From Octopus sinensis (taxonomy: Eukaryota), in NCBI RefSeq assembly GCF_006345805.1, contig NC_043014.1, positions 30,256,001 to 30,320,000 of the forward strand: a stretch of 64,000 bases of DNA, written 5' to 3'. Shown here piece by piece: positions 13,772 through 26,197 of this stretch (positions are counted from its first letter, which is position 1; every line of letters starts with the position of its first letter). The notes under the pieces are model-generated. The model was not told the origin of the DNA, did not search any database, and worked only from the letters and a program-made list of their open reading frames with translations. A program made the position numbers and the translations under genes.

Positions 13772-14535
13772 CATACATACATACATACATACATACATAC
13801 ATGCATGCATACATACATACGCAACTTGTTCCCTTTAGCTGCCTCTCTTTGAAGCTATTTGTTTACAACTCCCATAACATGCATTCAAAACGAGGTGCAT
13901 TCAAAAAGTATCCAACTTTATTGGTTGGGAGGTGATGACAGCATTCCTTCGCACAAGGGAAATTTTTTCATACCTGTAGGCAACATCAGTTCTCATCTGT
14001 TACACCTTGAGTACAGATGGATAGTGTCTGACAACTACCCATGGTGCCATGGCATGGGACTGAACCCAGAACCATGTAGTTGGGTGAAATATTTTTGTAA
14101 GATGAAGTAGGGGTACAAAAATGTAAAGTAGGAGCAAGATTTCAATTCATAAAAAATCCTTTACATTTGACATTCAGTACAACAGTCATTTTGATTTGCT
14201 TAATTTAGATCTCTTTCATTTTTTTCATATCAGACTGATTTAATCAGTCATCAGTATTTGTCCCACTCCATATGTTTGCATCCATTCATTCCAATCAACC
14301 ACAGCCCCATGGTCTTAACAGTTTAATCAACTATTTTGAGAACATATTTACATAGTTTATTGTTGTTAACAGCCCAATTAACCACAGCCCTGTAGTCTAA
14401 CTTCTCTCAAAAATCTAATTAGCCATACCCTCTCAGTCTAAAAAGTCTTCATCACCATACAGCTACTAGAAGATTAAAGATTAAAAAACAACCAATTAAC
14501 TTGAAGTACTTTTTTTAGATATTGTTTGTTTTTAC

Positions 14536-14594
14536 CACCAATTAATTTGTAGGTTAATTGCTCTATGGACATATTTAATATGCTTTTCAAGTAC
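14536..14594 (-). CDS. Candidate 59-nt exon (VLEKHIKYVHRAINLQINW or YLKSILNMSIEQLTYKLIG)
   Basis: Acceptor ttgatttatttacttgtag and donor GTG|gtaaaa. Two frames are open. Confidence 0.4.
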
Positions 14595-16269
14595 CTACAA
14601 GTAAATAAATCAATCTTCTTTTCGTAAAGTATCAATATAATTATGCTATTACAGCAAACATACACTTGCTTCAAATGTGCTTTATTAAAGAAGCTGTACT
14701 ACTACATGATGATGGTGAGAATGATGGTAATTCTTTCTAATACTGACACAAAGCCTGAATTTTGGGTAAAAGGGCTAGTCGATTACATCAAGCCCAGTAC
14801 TTGACTGGTAGTCATTTTATCAATGCAATTTTCAGTAATCCTCTTCCACAGCCAATTAAGTCATCTTTGTGAACAGAAACTACTACCTCTAGGGAAACTT
14901 CTGGGTATTTGACAAAATCTCTTTCCTGTATGTTCTTAGACTTTATTACTCCTCCACATCTGTCACATACAAAGCCTGCTTTCTCCTTAAACTTTCCTGT
15001 GATTTCACTGCACCTCTTGGCAGACAGAAGTGGCAGACAGAAGATTTAGCAAAGCAATGATGTATTTCCATTAAGATAGCCCAGTTCCTGCTTTTACACC
15101 AGCAGGTTGCAAGCCCAAAATCACTCTTAAACTATTCTCTTCAGAAGTTATATACAGTATGTAAAAGGTTTTTAAATGCTAACTAAATGATGAACCACAT
15201 TCATGTACACCCATATACCTGCATGTACATACACACTTAGACTGACGTGTGTATGAATACACCAGGCAGAGATCTATAGAAGTGACATTCACCCAAATGT
15301 TCACTAAAACAGATGTGAAATAGACATTATATAAGCCATGATATTTTCAAAAATTGCAATGACAGCAAAAATGACTTCCTCTAAGCACCCAACACACTCT
15401 GTTAAGTGGTTGGTGTTAGGAAGGGCATCCAGCATTAGAAACCATTCCACAACAGACAATTGAAGTCTGGACAGCTCCCGGCTGACCAGTCAAGCCACCC
15501 AACCAGAGCCAGCATGGTGATGATGATGTCTAGGATGCCTTATAGAAATATAAATAGACCTTAGTTGGGTACTTGGCTGGAAATTCATTTCATTGATCCC
15601 AGAAGGATGAAAGGAAAAATTGAACATAGGAGGATTTGAACTCAGAATGGAAATAAAGAGCTATTGCTAAGTACTGCAAGGCATTTTGTTTGACACCTTG
15701 TCCTGCTGGAGGAGAAGGGATATTTAAGACAAAACAAAACAAGCAAACAAATAATAAATAAATAACAATGATATTTTGGTAATTAAATTCTAAATGTAGT
15801 AAGATAAAAATTGATAATTGAGTAATGATTTTGGACAATTTGGAAATACTGAATATCATAGCTGCTATGAAATCCTCTTGTATTATTGTGTGTGGTGGTA
15901 ATGGATAATAGTATTGAACTGCTTGCATTCCCAGATAGCTCTTTTAATTACTTCACTGTACTGCTCCAAAAACTTGAGATTTTGCAATCAAAGTATGACA
16001 AAAGTTGAGCAAATCTTTCTCAGCTACCTCATGATTTTGAAATAATAATAATTTCTAATATAGACACAACACCACAAACTTTGTTGAAGGGTTTAGTTGA
16101 TTAAATCAACCCCCAATACTTGACTGGTACTTTACTTTATGAATCCTGGAAGGATGAATGACATAGCAAACTTCAGTAGCATTTAACTCAGAATGTAAAG
16201 AGTTAGAATGAATATCACAAGGCATCTATTTCATGTTATAATGGCTGAAAATCTACTGACCTTAACATA

Positions 16270-16349
<80 letters not shown>

Positions 16350-16412
16350 TAATAATGATAATAATATTAATAATAATAATAATAATAATAATAACAATAA
16401 TAATAATAATAA

Positions 16413-16925
16413 TAAATGCCCTGATGCAGTGTTATCATGTACATTATTTTGTCTTGGTATAAACGATGGGCTACAGCAAATATTCTGCTCAATACCACAG
16501 ATTTGCTTGTCAGTTGTTTGACCTTAATCAGTTGAGCATGACTCTTAGTGGCTGACGATATGTGCATCTCTGATCACAAGCAGAAGTAGTGGAGGAGCAT
16601 CATAGCCGTGTGTTGAGAGGAATTCTTTGGAGTTTGGATAATTCACCTTTGGAAACATGGGTGGTTCGTTCAACATCCTTAAACAATCCTTATTCAGGGA
16701 CCTTTTGAGCGGGATGGGTTACTCAACCAGAAGAAAATTTTAACTGGGCCCCACCTGCAAGGTCATGTGCTGTTTATCTTGATATGAGATCACCATGTCA
16801 CGCACATATGGTTGTGATGCATGTGCCTCGTGTCCCCTTATCAGACAGGTTGTCATGATGGGTATACTGGGCTTCGTATATTTTACCCCAATGTCACTTT
16901 GATGGCATGCACTGCTCTCTCACTC

Positions 16926-16926
<1 letters not shown>
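16413..16926 (+). mobile_element. About 560-bp non-coding retroposon-like repeat embedded in (AAT)n
   Basis: Same sequence in opposite orientation at 31528-31900 and 44965-45520, with a partial copy at about 28700-28860. (AAT)n on both flanks. True orientation inferred from the (AAT)n tail. Confidence 0.8.
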
Positions 16927-16990
<64 letters not shown>

Positions 16991-17199
16991 TAATAATAAT
17001 GATAAGTCTTTTCCTTATTAGCCATTTAGCCATATGGGCAAAAAAAAAACAATAGAATAATACAAAAATAAATAGGGCTTAACACATAAATACATGTAAA
17101 CAATAAAACAATAACAACAAAACCCAAACGTCTTGATCACCCTGACCACCAAGGGCACCCTAGGCAGGTACCCTTTTCCTTCTCGTCCCCTCTGGCCTA

Positions 17200-19190
17200 C
17201 AGGCATGTGTTCAGAGTAGACTCAATTACACAGGCCATCCTTGCAACATTCACCCACCTTTCAACAAAAATACTGTGGAGCAGCACTTCCCTCTCCATCC
17301 TCACCTTCCTTTTCAAGTGGAACTGTAAAAATTCAATGAGAGCTTGGTTGAAGAGGAAAAAATATGTCTTCGGTCCTTTCAATCACATCAACCACATTAC
17401 CATAGCCACCAGAGAGAGAAAAACCTCCTGGCCAAAAGAAGGCAACAGGACAATCCTTCTCATGGACTCAGCCAATAACTGGATTTATCCTACATGTGAC
17501 AACAGCTATTCAACAAGGTTCCACAAGTCATCAATGCCCAGACAACGGACAAGGGCATGCAGAACAGTTTCATCGCCCTGCATGCATCTTGGACAGGTCC
17601 ATCTGACAGCACTTCCAGGTGTAGAGCTTGTCTCAAACTGGTAGAACCCCCAGTAGCACTGCCAGTCCAGGGATTTCTGGAACTTGTTCATAGTCCTGGC
17701 CTGAAAGTCCTCTGAAAAAGACCAGTCACTTGATTTCCATCAACACCCAGAGTCTCCCAGAGGACATTGTTGCCCTAGCCTGCCACTAAACCCCTATAGA
17801 ACTGGAACCTCCACCGACTGCATTGCCTGACTGGCAGAGGGCTGTAGATGCTTGCTGATACTCTAGGTGCTGAGCACTCTTTCTTGGTCTACACGTGGTC
17901 CAAGACTGCAGCTCAATCAATGAGACAAACTGCAGAAAATCCCATCTGATAAATGGGGATCACACCTGCTCACTATCAAGAAAATACTGGAGATATCACA
18001 GCCTTAGTGCATGTCTGTACATCATCAGCCACAGCATACCTGGCCTTCCTTGCAGTAGCTACTGACAGCAAATTGACTGTCTGACCCATCCCTTAGAGAG
18101 AAAGCAGAAGTATAAGCACTCCAGCTTGTTCACCATTGAAGCAGGACAAAAGACAAGTCAGACAGTAGTAGATGATGGAAGCAATGTATGCATTCACCAA
18201 GTCTGCCAGACCTTTTAGAGGCAGCTTCCTTTTACCCCATTTCTAAATGAGACTGGCCTTACTGCTTATCGCTTTCTCCTTGTCCACCTGAAGGTTTGAG
18301 CCAAACCAGATCCCAAACAAATTAACTGGTCCTTCCATCCAGTGCCCTTTGACACTGCCAAGCTGCAGGCTCATCAACTTGTAGTTAATCTTTGCTCTGG
18401 TCACAGCTTTGTACTCCCTTAGGGTAATGCCAATCACCTTGATTTCCAAGATGTCTGACACTATTATGGTGATGTCATCTGCATAAGCTGACACAAACAT
18501 CCCCCATCCTAGTTCATGCAGGACACCCCTCAAAACATCCAGCTTCCATAGCAACGGCTTGAGAGCCAGCACATACAGAAGGGGCAAAAGTGAGCATCCC
18601 TGATGAACCAAATGTGTGATATTAAATGATTCCAATAAGTGGCCATTTACTTTGAGCACTGAACAGAAGTCACTGTATATTGCTTGATCCAGCCTCTGAA
18701 AATGGAACTGAAACTGGCTGCAATGAGAACAGCCTCTGATGTTTGGTGAATAACCATATTAAAAGCTTTTGACTGATCCAAATTGATTAGGGCCCCACCC
18801 ATATCAGGTTCCTTATCTACCCTCTCTATGATGTAACATGTAAGGTGGAGGTTGTTGTGGATATATTTGTTTGGGATTCCACATATATGCGCATCACAGT
18901 TAGCCTCTTGGTCAAAATCTTGCAATCCACTTTCAGCAGAGTTATGGACCTAAAATGATCTATTTGGTCCCCCTTGTTTGGGTCCTTTCTCAGCAGCACT
19001 ATCACCATGCCATGGCTCACAGTACTTCTGTTCTGTTGCCAGTTGCAGTAGACATCCACCAAGATATTACTAAACAAGACTGACACGTGAAGATAAAGCT
19101 TGAAGAGCAGTCCATCTAGCTCCAGAGACTTCTCTCTTGTGCAGCTAGTCATTGCATCCCATATGTCTTTGGATGTTAATGACATTTCTA
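17200..19190 (-). mobile_element. Decayed L1/Tx1-clade LINE
   Basis: RT motifs (LLRKDPNKG..FRSITLL, ALINLDQSKAFN, VHQGCSLLPLLY, SAYADDITI) and a C-terminal CCHC-type motif (WTCPRC..ETVLHALVRC). Confidence 0.9.
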
Positions 19191-19194
19191 TCTA

Positions 19195-19229
<35 letters not shown>

Positions 19230-19423
19230 ATAAATACACACATACAGTACATGATTAGATAGGCACTTTGAGCAAATGTCTTTCACTATAACTCAGGGCC
19301 AACCAAAAGCCTTGTGAGCATATGTATGTAGGTAGGTATGCATGTGTGTGTGTGTGCGTGTGCACGTGCGCATGTGTGTATGTATATGTATGTGTGTATA
19401 TATACACATGTATATATATATAT

Positions 19424-19700
19424 CTCCCCCCTCCTCATCTAACCCCCCTCTCCCCCCTCCTCACCTACCTTCCCCCCCGACCCCTACTTCTTCAGTCCTT
19501 CATCCTTTCACCCCTACTCCCCTTCCCTTCTTCCCTCTTTCTCCCTCCCTCCTTCCCTCTTCCCCTTCCCTCTGCCCCCCTATCTCCCCCTCTCTCTCTC
19601 CCCCTTTCCCTCTGCCCCCCCTCTCTCCCCCATTTCCCTCTTTCCTCCTTCCTCCTCCTCCCCTTCCTCCTGCCCTCCCCCTCCCCTCTTCTCCTCTCTC
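19424..19700. repeat. About 280-bp C/T-only tract (G-rich on minus)
   Basis: Nearly pure pyrimidine with many C3-C7 runs. Confidence 0.9.
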
Positions 19701-19744
19701 CACACTACACACACGACTTTACACATCACATCATATATGATGTG

Positions 19745-20222
19745 CCATACTAATACATACACCAACTAATACATACTAATACATACTAATACATACACCA
19801 ACCCTATACATACACATGTCCAGACCTCTCATACGCACTAATACTCTCTCATACACACACACACACACCCTTATACATACTAATACATACTAATACATAC
19901 TAATACATACACCAACCCTATACATACACACGTCCAGACCTCTCATACGCACTAATACTCTCTCATACACACACACACACACACACCCTTATACATACTA
20001 ATACATACTAATACATACACCAACCCTATACATACACACGTCCAGACCTCTCATACGCACTAATACTCTCTCATACACCACACACACACACACACCCTTA
20101 TACATACTAATACATACTAATACATACTAATACATACACCAACCCTATACATACACACGTCCAGACCTCTCATACGCACTAATACTCTCTCATACACACA
20201 CACACACACACACACACCCTTA
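19745..20222. repeat. Minisatellite, 4 units of about 108-119 bp with embedded (CA)n and (TACATACTAA)n
   Basis: gtccagacctctcatacgcac recurs at 19818, 19932, 20040 and 20159. Confidence 0.9.
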
Positions 20223-20383
20223 TGTTGGAGCAGGTCATTCAACCCTATTATCTCCCCTAATTTCGCTCTCGCGTCTCATGTTTCATCTTTGACTTCTGGC
20301 CGAAATCAGATCGCCATGTTGATTCGTTAGTTACTGCACGCATTTTTTTCTCTCCTTCTTTCTGTGTTTTTTTTCTCTGTGTA

Positions 20384-20421
20384 TCTTTCTGCTGAAGAGC
20401 GTAGGCTCGAAACGTTAAAGA
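20384..20421 (+). ncRNA. Minimal hammerhead-like motif with non-canonical core, in a PLE-like terminal fragment (about 20225-20520)
   Basis: TCTTT-CTGCTGA-A-GAGC(gtag)GCTC-GAA-ACGT-T-AAAGA. Stems I and II pair and stem III is a loopless ACGT palindrome. The core has C at position 6 and an extra A. Confidence 0.55.
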
Positions 20422-20518
20422 CTTGTTTTATTTATATTTCCTGAGCGCCATACTAATACAATTGTTTGTTTGTTTTCCACCTGCCTTCGTCTTTTGTCTA
20501 TTTTCATAAAGCTTCCCG

Positions 20519-20539
<21 letters not shown>

Positions 20540-20555
<16 letters not shown>

Positions 20556-21455
20556 AGTATTACAATTTTCCCTGGCACATTGTCTTGCAAACTGAAACAC
20601 TTCAAGCCACTGGTCCTCACGCTGCAAAGCATTGGCAAACTTCTTTCTTTCCACTTCAACCTCAGCTAAATATACCTACTTCCTAGCTTCCCTTCTAGTT
20701 GCCTGATATAGCTCCTTACTACCACCACTCTTCCAGTCTTTCCAAGCCTGTTTCTTTGCTCTAATGGCCTTGTCACCTACACTGTTCCACCACCATGTCA
20801 CCCTAGGTCTGGTTGGGACTTTGCACCAACCACAAATTTGGTCTGTGGCTCTCACTAAGTTGTCTTGTAAGAATTTCCAGTTATCCTCTATGTTACAAGT
20901 CTGTAACTCCTCCTCTTTCCTCATGCTTCAGTTAGGATGTCTCTAAATTTCTGACTATTGAAAGGATCTTTAAACTTCCAGATGCTTCTTTTCCAAGCTG
21001 GCTTGCTTCTTGGAATCCTTCATGCCTAGAAGTGCCAACCTCTAACTGTGGGGGGAACCTGTGGAAGAGATAGACCCAGTAAGACTTAGGATGAGGTGGT
21101 GAAGCATGATCTTCAAATGTGAGGCCTCGCAGAGATGATGATAAGTGACTGAGGCCTTTGATGATACGTTGTGCATGAGAAGACTCGTAAAGCCAAGGGA
21201 AATCGTAGTTGTGGCCAATGTTAGTGTTGCGTAACCGGTACCTGTGCTGGTTGCACGTAAAAGCACCCATGTCAGTGGCATATAAAAAAGTACCCATTAC
21301 ACTCTTGGAGTGGTTGGTGTTAGGAAGGGCATCCAGCCATAGAAACCATATCAAACTAGACTGGAACCTGGTGCAGCTCTCCAACTTACCAGTCCCAGTC
21401 AAACTATGTAACCCATGCCAGCATGGAAAATGAACATTAAATGATGATGTTGATG
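20540..21455. mobile_element. RTE LINE pieces in opposite orientation: internal fragment on minus (20540-21025) joined to a 3' end on plus (21025-21455)
   Basis: Minus strand: WKRSIWKFKDP, PTRPRVTWWWN..AKKQAWKDWK. Plus strand: GTCGRDRPSKT*DEVVKHDL, then a 3'UTR ending in (ATG)n. Confidence 0.8.
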
Positions 21456-21488
<33 letters not shown>

Positions 21489-21550
21489 ACACACACACAC
21501 ACACATACATGCATATATACATATACTGTATATACATTTATCATATACAC

Positions 21551-21606
<56 letters not shown>

Positions 21607-21636
21607 GCGAGAAAGAAGCAACAAGAATGGATAGGT

Positions 21637-21727
21637 TTTTAGTACGATCGTTTCATACAAGGACAGGTTTTATTAAAAGTTGCAAAGATTACAGCATATA
21701 AACGAGTCCCGTACTCATCAGCTAAAA
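21637..21727 (-). ncRNA. Mirror copy of the type I hammerhead motif on the minus strand
   Basis: Exact reverse complement of 22829-22919 in the left palindrome arm. Confidence 0.75.
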
Positions 21728-22828
21728 TACATGTAAGTTCTCTAGACATCCTAGTGTTTGAGGCTATACTCATGAAGTAATGTAGATAATTAAACAGATT
21801 TCTAAAGTTCATTAAAGTTCCTTAAAGATGATGTATAGTCTTATCACAGAATTTTAAAAAAGTTTTGATAGCATCACAGAGAAGGTGACCTAATCCATAT
21901 GAATTTCCATAGATATGATGAGGGATTATATACTCACAGAAGACAAATTTATCCATTGTTATTAGCATTACAGAGAGGGTGAATTAATCCTTTGTATATA
22001 TGCACAGATTCCAAAGGTGTAGATGTAAATTTCCAGAGAAATGGAGATGAATTTCATATTCACAGGCGATAAATTTTACAATGGTTGAACACAATGAGGT
22101 AGGTACCAATCCTTGTTATATGATTAGGTGTTTGCCATATTAATCACATTACTGCTATTCACAAGAGGCTGTAGCTATTTAACTCTTAAAGGTTGAAGGG
22201 CTTACTAGATCGGCCAAGAATAGAGAAGGGAATAGAAGAAAAGAGAGAAAAAAGAGAAAATAATGGAGGAGGGAGCAATGCTCCCTCCTCCATTATTTTC
22301 TCTTTTTTCTCTCTTTTCTTCTATTCCCTTCTCTATTCTTGGCCGATCTAGTAAGCCCTTCAACCTTTAAGAGTTAAATAGCTACAGCCTCTTGTGAATA
22401 GCAGTAATGTGATTAATATGGCAAACACCTAATCATATAACAAGGATTGGTACCTACCTCATTGTGTTCAACCATTGTAAAATTTATCGCCTGTGAATAT
22501 GAAATTCATCTCCATTTCTCTGGAAATTTACATCTACACCTTTGGAATCTGTGCATATATACAAAGGATTAATTCACCCTCTCTGTAATGCTAATAACAA
22601 TGGATAAATTTGTCTTCTGTGAGTATATAATCCCTCATCATATCTATGGAAATTCATATGGATTAGGTCACCTTCTCTGTGATGCTATCAAAACTTTTTT
22701 AAAATTCTGTGATAAGACTATACATCATCTTTAAGGAACTTTAATGAACTTTAGAAATCTGTTTAATTATCTACATTACTTCATGAGTATAGCCTCAAAC
22801 ACTAGGATGTCTAGAGAACTTACATGTA

Positions 22829-22919
22829 TTTTAGCTGATGAGTACGGGACTCGTTTATATGCTGTAATCTTTGCAACTTTTAATAAAACCTGTCCTTGTA
22901 TGAAACGATCGTACTAAAA
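22829..22919 (+). ncRNA. Type I hammerhead ribozyme motif (PLE-associated, palindromic stem III)
   Basis: Stem I TTTTAG/CTAAAA; core CTGATGA (22835-41); stem II GTACGGGAC/GTCC(T)TGTAT; GAAA (22902-05); stem III ACGATCGT; GUA cleavage triplet ending at 22913. Confidence 0.75.
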
Positions 22920-23067
22920 ACCTATCCATTCTTGTTGCTTCTTTCTCGCTTATAATCACCCCACATTACTGTATGTTAAATCAGTATTGTTTTTTTTGGT
23001 GCATCTAAGTTAGGTACCATATTCAAGTAAATTTTTTTAAATTAACTTGAATCTTTATTGCTCTTTG

Positions 23068-23140
<73 letters not shown>

Positions 23141-23199
23141 TACATGCATATATACATATACTGTATATACATTTATCATATACACATATACATATATAT

Positions 23200-23255
<56 letters not shown>

Positions 23256-23530
23256 CACACACACACATAATTGAATATATAAAGCAAAAAAGTCAAGCGG
23301 GGTATGAGAGGTGAATATATATTTAACCACATGACATCTCTTCTACTTGCTGCAGCAGACTTTGTCATTGTTGTTGTCACAAAGAATTGCATGTGTGTGG
23401 GTGTGTTTCATGTTCATGTTGTATGTGTGAGGGTGAAAAGGAAACATGCAAATGCTTATATGTATGTGAGTATATGTGCATATATAAGCATATAGATATG
23501 TATATATGTATATAAGCATGTATGAACATA

Positions 23531-24371
23531 CGTGGTCTGATCAATAAGTATCCGGACTGTTGCTATTGTCACAAAACTAAAGCACACAGAGTAAAGCCAC
23601 TTGGCACAGATTGACCTTGAAATCTGCTGTGCATGTGGACACTAAGTTTTAACATTCTAGCTCACTTCCACTGTTTACAGCAGTACTTGGAAAGAAGGTA
23701 TATAACGTGTCATCGTCGCATTGACCATGACAGAGAAAGTTGAGGAGAGAATCTGCATCAAATTTTGCCTAAAGTTTGGCAAAACCTGCTCAGAGCTCTA
23801 TGCGAAGTTTTCAAAAAGTTTTCATCCTTTTCAACACAATCAAGGAGATCTTGTGCAACTGAAACCCAAGTGTCTTTTTGATCAGCTGAAAGCAGTTTTG
23901 GCAGAAACTTGGCAGACACACATCTCATACCCTTGCACACCTTCTGATAATTCACAGATGGGGATTCAACGATTTCCCCTCACAGTTTCACGCACATCTG
24001 CAATGTTTTTCTCAGTTCTGTTGGTTGCAGGTCTCCCAGAACATTCATCAATATCGACATTTTTTGGCCATCTTGGAAACATTTGAACCACTCATACACT
24101 TGTATGTGGCTCATACACTTTCTGCAACTTTGCATGGATCTCTGAGCAGATATCGTCATGATAACTTTCTCTGTCATGGTTAATGCAATGATAACATGCT
24201 ACACACTTTCCTTCCAAGCACTGCTGTAAATAGCAGAAGTGAGCTAGAATGTTAAAACTTTGTGCGCATGCACAACAGGGTTCAAGGTCAATCTTTGCCA
24301 AGCAGCTTCACTCTGCATGCTTTAGCTTTGTTACTATGGCAACAGTCTGGATACTAAGTAATCAGACCTCG
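23531..24371. mobile_element. Rearranged mariner with two inverted left (5') ends
   Basis: About 210-bp inverted arms each running TIR to ATGACAGAGAAAGTT. Transposase N-terminal pieces on both strands (ICIKFC; VYEWFKCF; VSAKFLPKLLSADQK). Confidence 0.8.
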
Positions 24372-25229
24372 TGCATGAATGCAAATATGTGTGTGTGTGT
24401 GTGTGTGGTTCAGACTTAGAGCAACTAAATTCAGTTAAATTAGAATCCTTTGTCACTGCATTGCTTTCTTTTTTTTTCTCTTCATTTAATCTATGACAGA
24501 CAATTGTTCTCAAAACAGTAAGAATTTATCTGTCTAGAATTTATCAAATTCCAGTTTGTTTAGTTCTCTACATAGTACAATGTTCAAAATCAACACCAAC
24601 AACAACATCAGCAACTATTACCATTTCCTTTATGTGGCATATGATTTTACACCAAGAAGAAATTAGATACCATGTGGCTCCATCTCTACTTCAGTATAAA
24701 AGTTACACAAGCCCATTAACACAGAGTTAAAGGCTACAAAATGTACAGGCACAGGTAAGGCTGTATGGTAAAAAGTCTGCTTCCCAATCACTTTGTTCTA
24801 AGAAAGCCCTAGGCTAACCAAAGTCTTACAGAGAAACTGAATATATATATATATACATACAAGGTGCGATGGGTAAATTGTCACCATTTTACTGTTTTGT
24901 TCTCACTGTCCTGTTCTTGTTATCACTTTCACCCTCCCTCCGCAAATGTGGAGTAGATGAAACAGGGACAACTGAAGAAGGGGAATATACTTTATGTTGT
25001 ATGTCTTGTTTGTTTCTATGTTTTTGTTTTTATGTTTTCATTTCTCATTGTCTCCAACGTTTTTTGATGTCTTGTACCCATATATGCATGTATATATACA
25101 TATATATGTAGGTATGTACATATATGTATGTATATATGCATATATTTATTTAATATTTATATTATTATATGATTGAACACCATGCATCTTTTTCCAAATA
25201 TATATATATATATCTGGGATTTATAATTG

Positions 25230-25900
25230 CATCCTATTTTAAGTGCAAACTAAGCCACCTTACAATGGACTCTTTGATCTATTCTCCTGGACCTCACCCC
25301 GACCCACCTGATAATAATATAACAACCTTTGAGAACCCTACTCACTTCAATAATAGTAACCCAGGTACTACCACACCTACTACTGGCAACATGACCACAT
25401 ATAAGAATGGTAAAGCCTTCTCCAAGCCCAACACTACTCATAACACCTGCAGTCTTCTTTTGAGGATAACAGATCACATGAACCAGACTGGAAAAGAAGT
25501 CAATCCTAAGCCCACCACTGGCAGGAAAACCTGAAATAGCCAGTTCTCGCAACTTTGTCAATTGGATGGTTTCTATTTACACAATAATGTACTTTATAGA
25601 TGCTGAGTAATAGCACCACATTACCATCAAGCTAGGATCTACATTGGCAACACCATTGATTTCAAATACCACTAGTGGGCTCACATCAATTTGTTTTCAA
25701 ACTGAGCTTCTAGACTCTCTACCTCCCTAGCTACATACAAACACAACCTCAAATCCCAAAATTTTCCCTATACCTTATCCTGATCCATTGTTTGCAAGTC
25801 CTCTCCATACAATATTAACCACTTACTAGGCGCCACAGACCAATATAAAATTTACTTTCTCTTTTACTTATGGTAAAATTGTTTTACAAAGTTTGATGAT
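25230..25900 (+). mobile_element. Internally deleted, decayed Penelope-like remnant
   Basis: The Pro/Thr/Asn-rich N-terminal-like ORF and the FSQLCQLDGFYLHN segment resemble PLE ORFs as I recall them. Not confirmed by search. Confidence 0.45.
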
Positions 25901-26180
25901 GGAGAAAGACTACCACCATCACCATTGCCACCGCTGCTGCCCCCCCAGCAGCACCACCAACAACAACAACAACACATTTCATACAATAACAACATTATTT
26001 TTTTTCTAACATCATCTTTTTCTTTTAAACTTTGTTTACAATTTTATCATGAGAAAAGAGAAAATACCTTTAATTTCAATCTGTGAGGTCCAGTAAATGC
26101 TTTAATGGTTGAAAGTTTACATCTGTAGAGTGTGACTTTAATTTAGATGTTTTTAATAACATTCAACAAGTGAAAAGTAC

Positions 26181-26197
26181 CTGGACCAGTTTCAAAC
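26181..26197 (-). CDS. Candidate 17-nt microexon (xLKLVQ or FETGP)
   Basis: Acceptor tactatttatttccag and donor CAG|gtactt. Confidence 0.4.

Larger units (their letters stand above)
21607..22949. repeat. 1343-bp palindrome (two 671-bp arms, 1-nt loop at 22278), probably a head-to-head pair of Penelope-like terminal repeats
   Basis: Centre reads ggagggagca-a-tgctccctcc. Symmetric positions sum to 44556. No mismatch was found in the blocks compared by eye. Confidence 0.95.

Noticed and set aside
16413-16480. HDV-like ribozyme at the end of the (AAT)n-associated element
   Set aside because: A P3/L3-like hairpin is visible in the less deleted copies, but I could not form P1 or P4.
19322-19765. 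Pro/Leu-rich and Gly/Arg/Glu-rich ORFs
   Set aside because: Products of the polypyrimidine tract.
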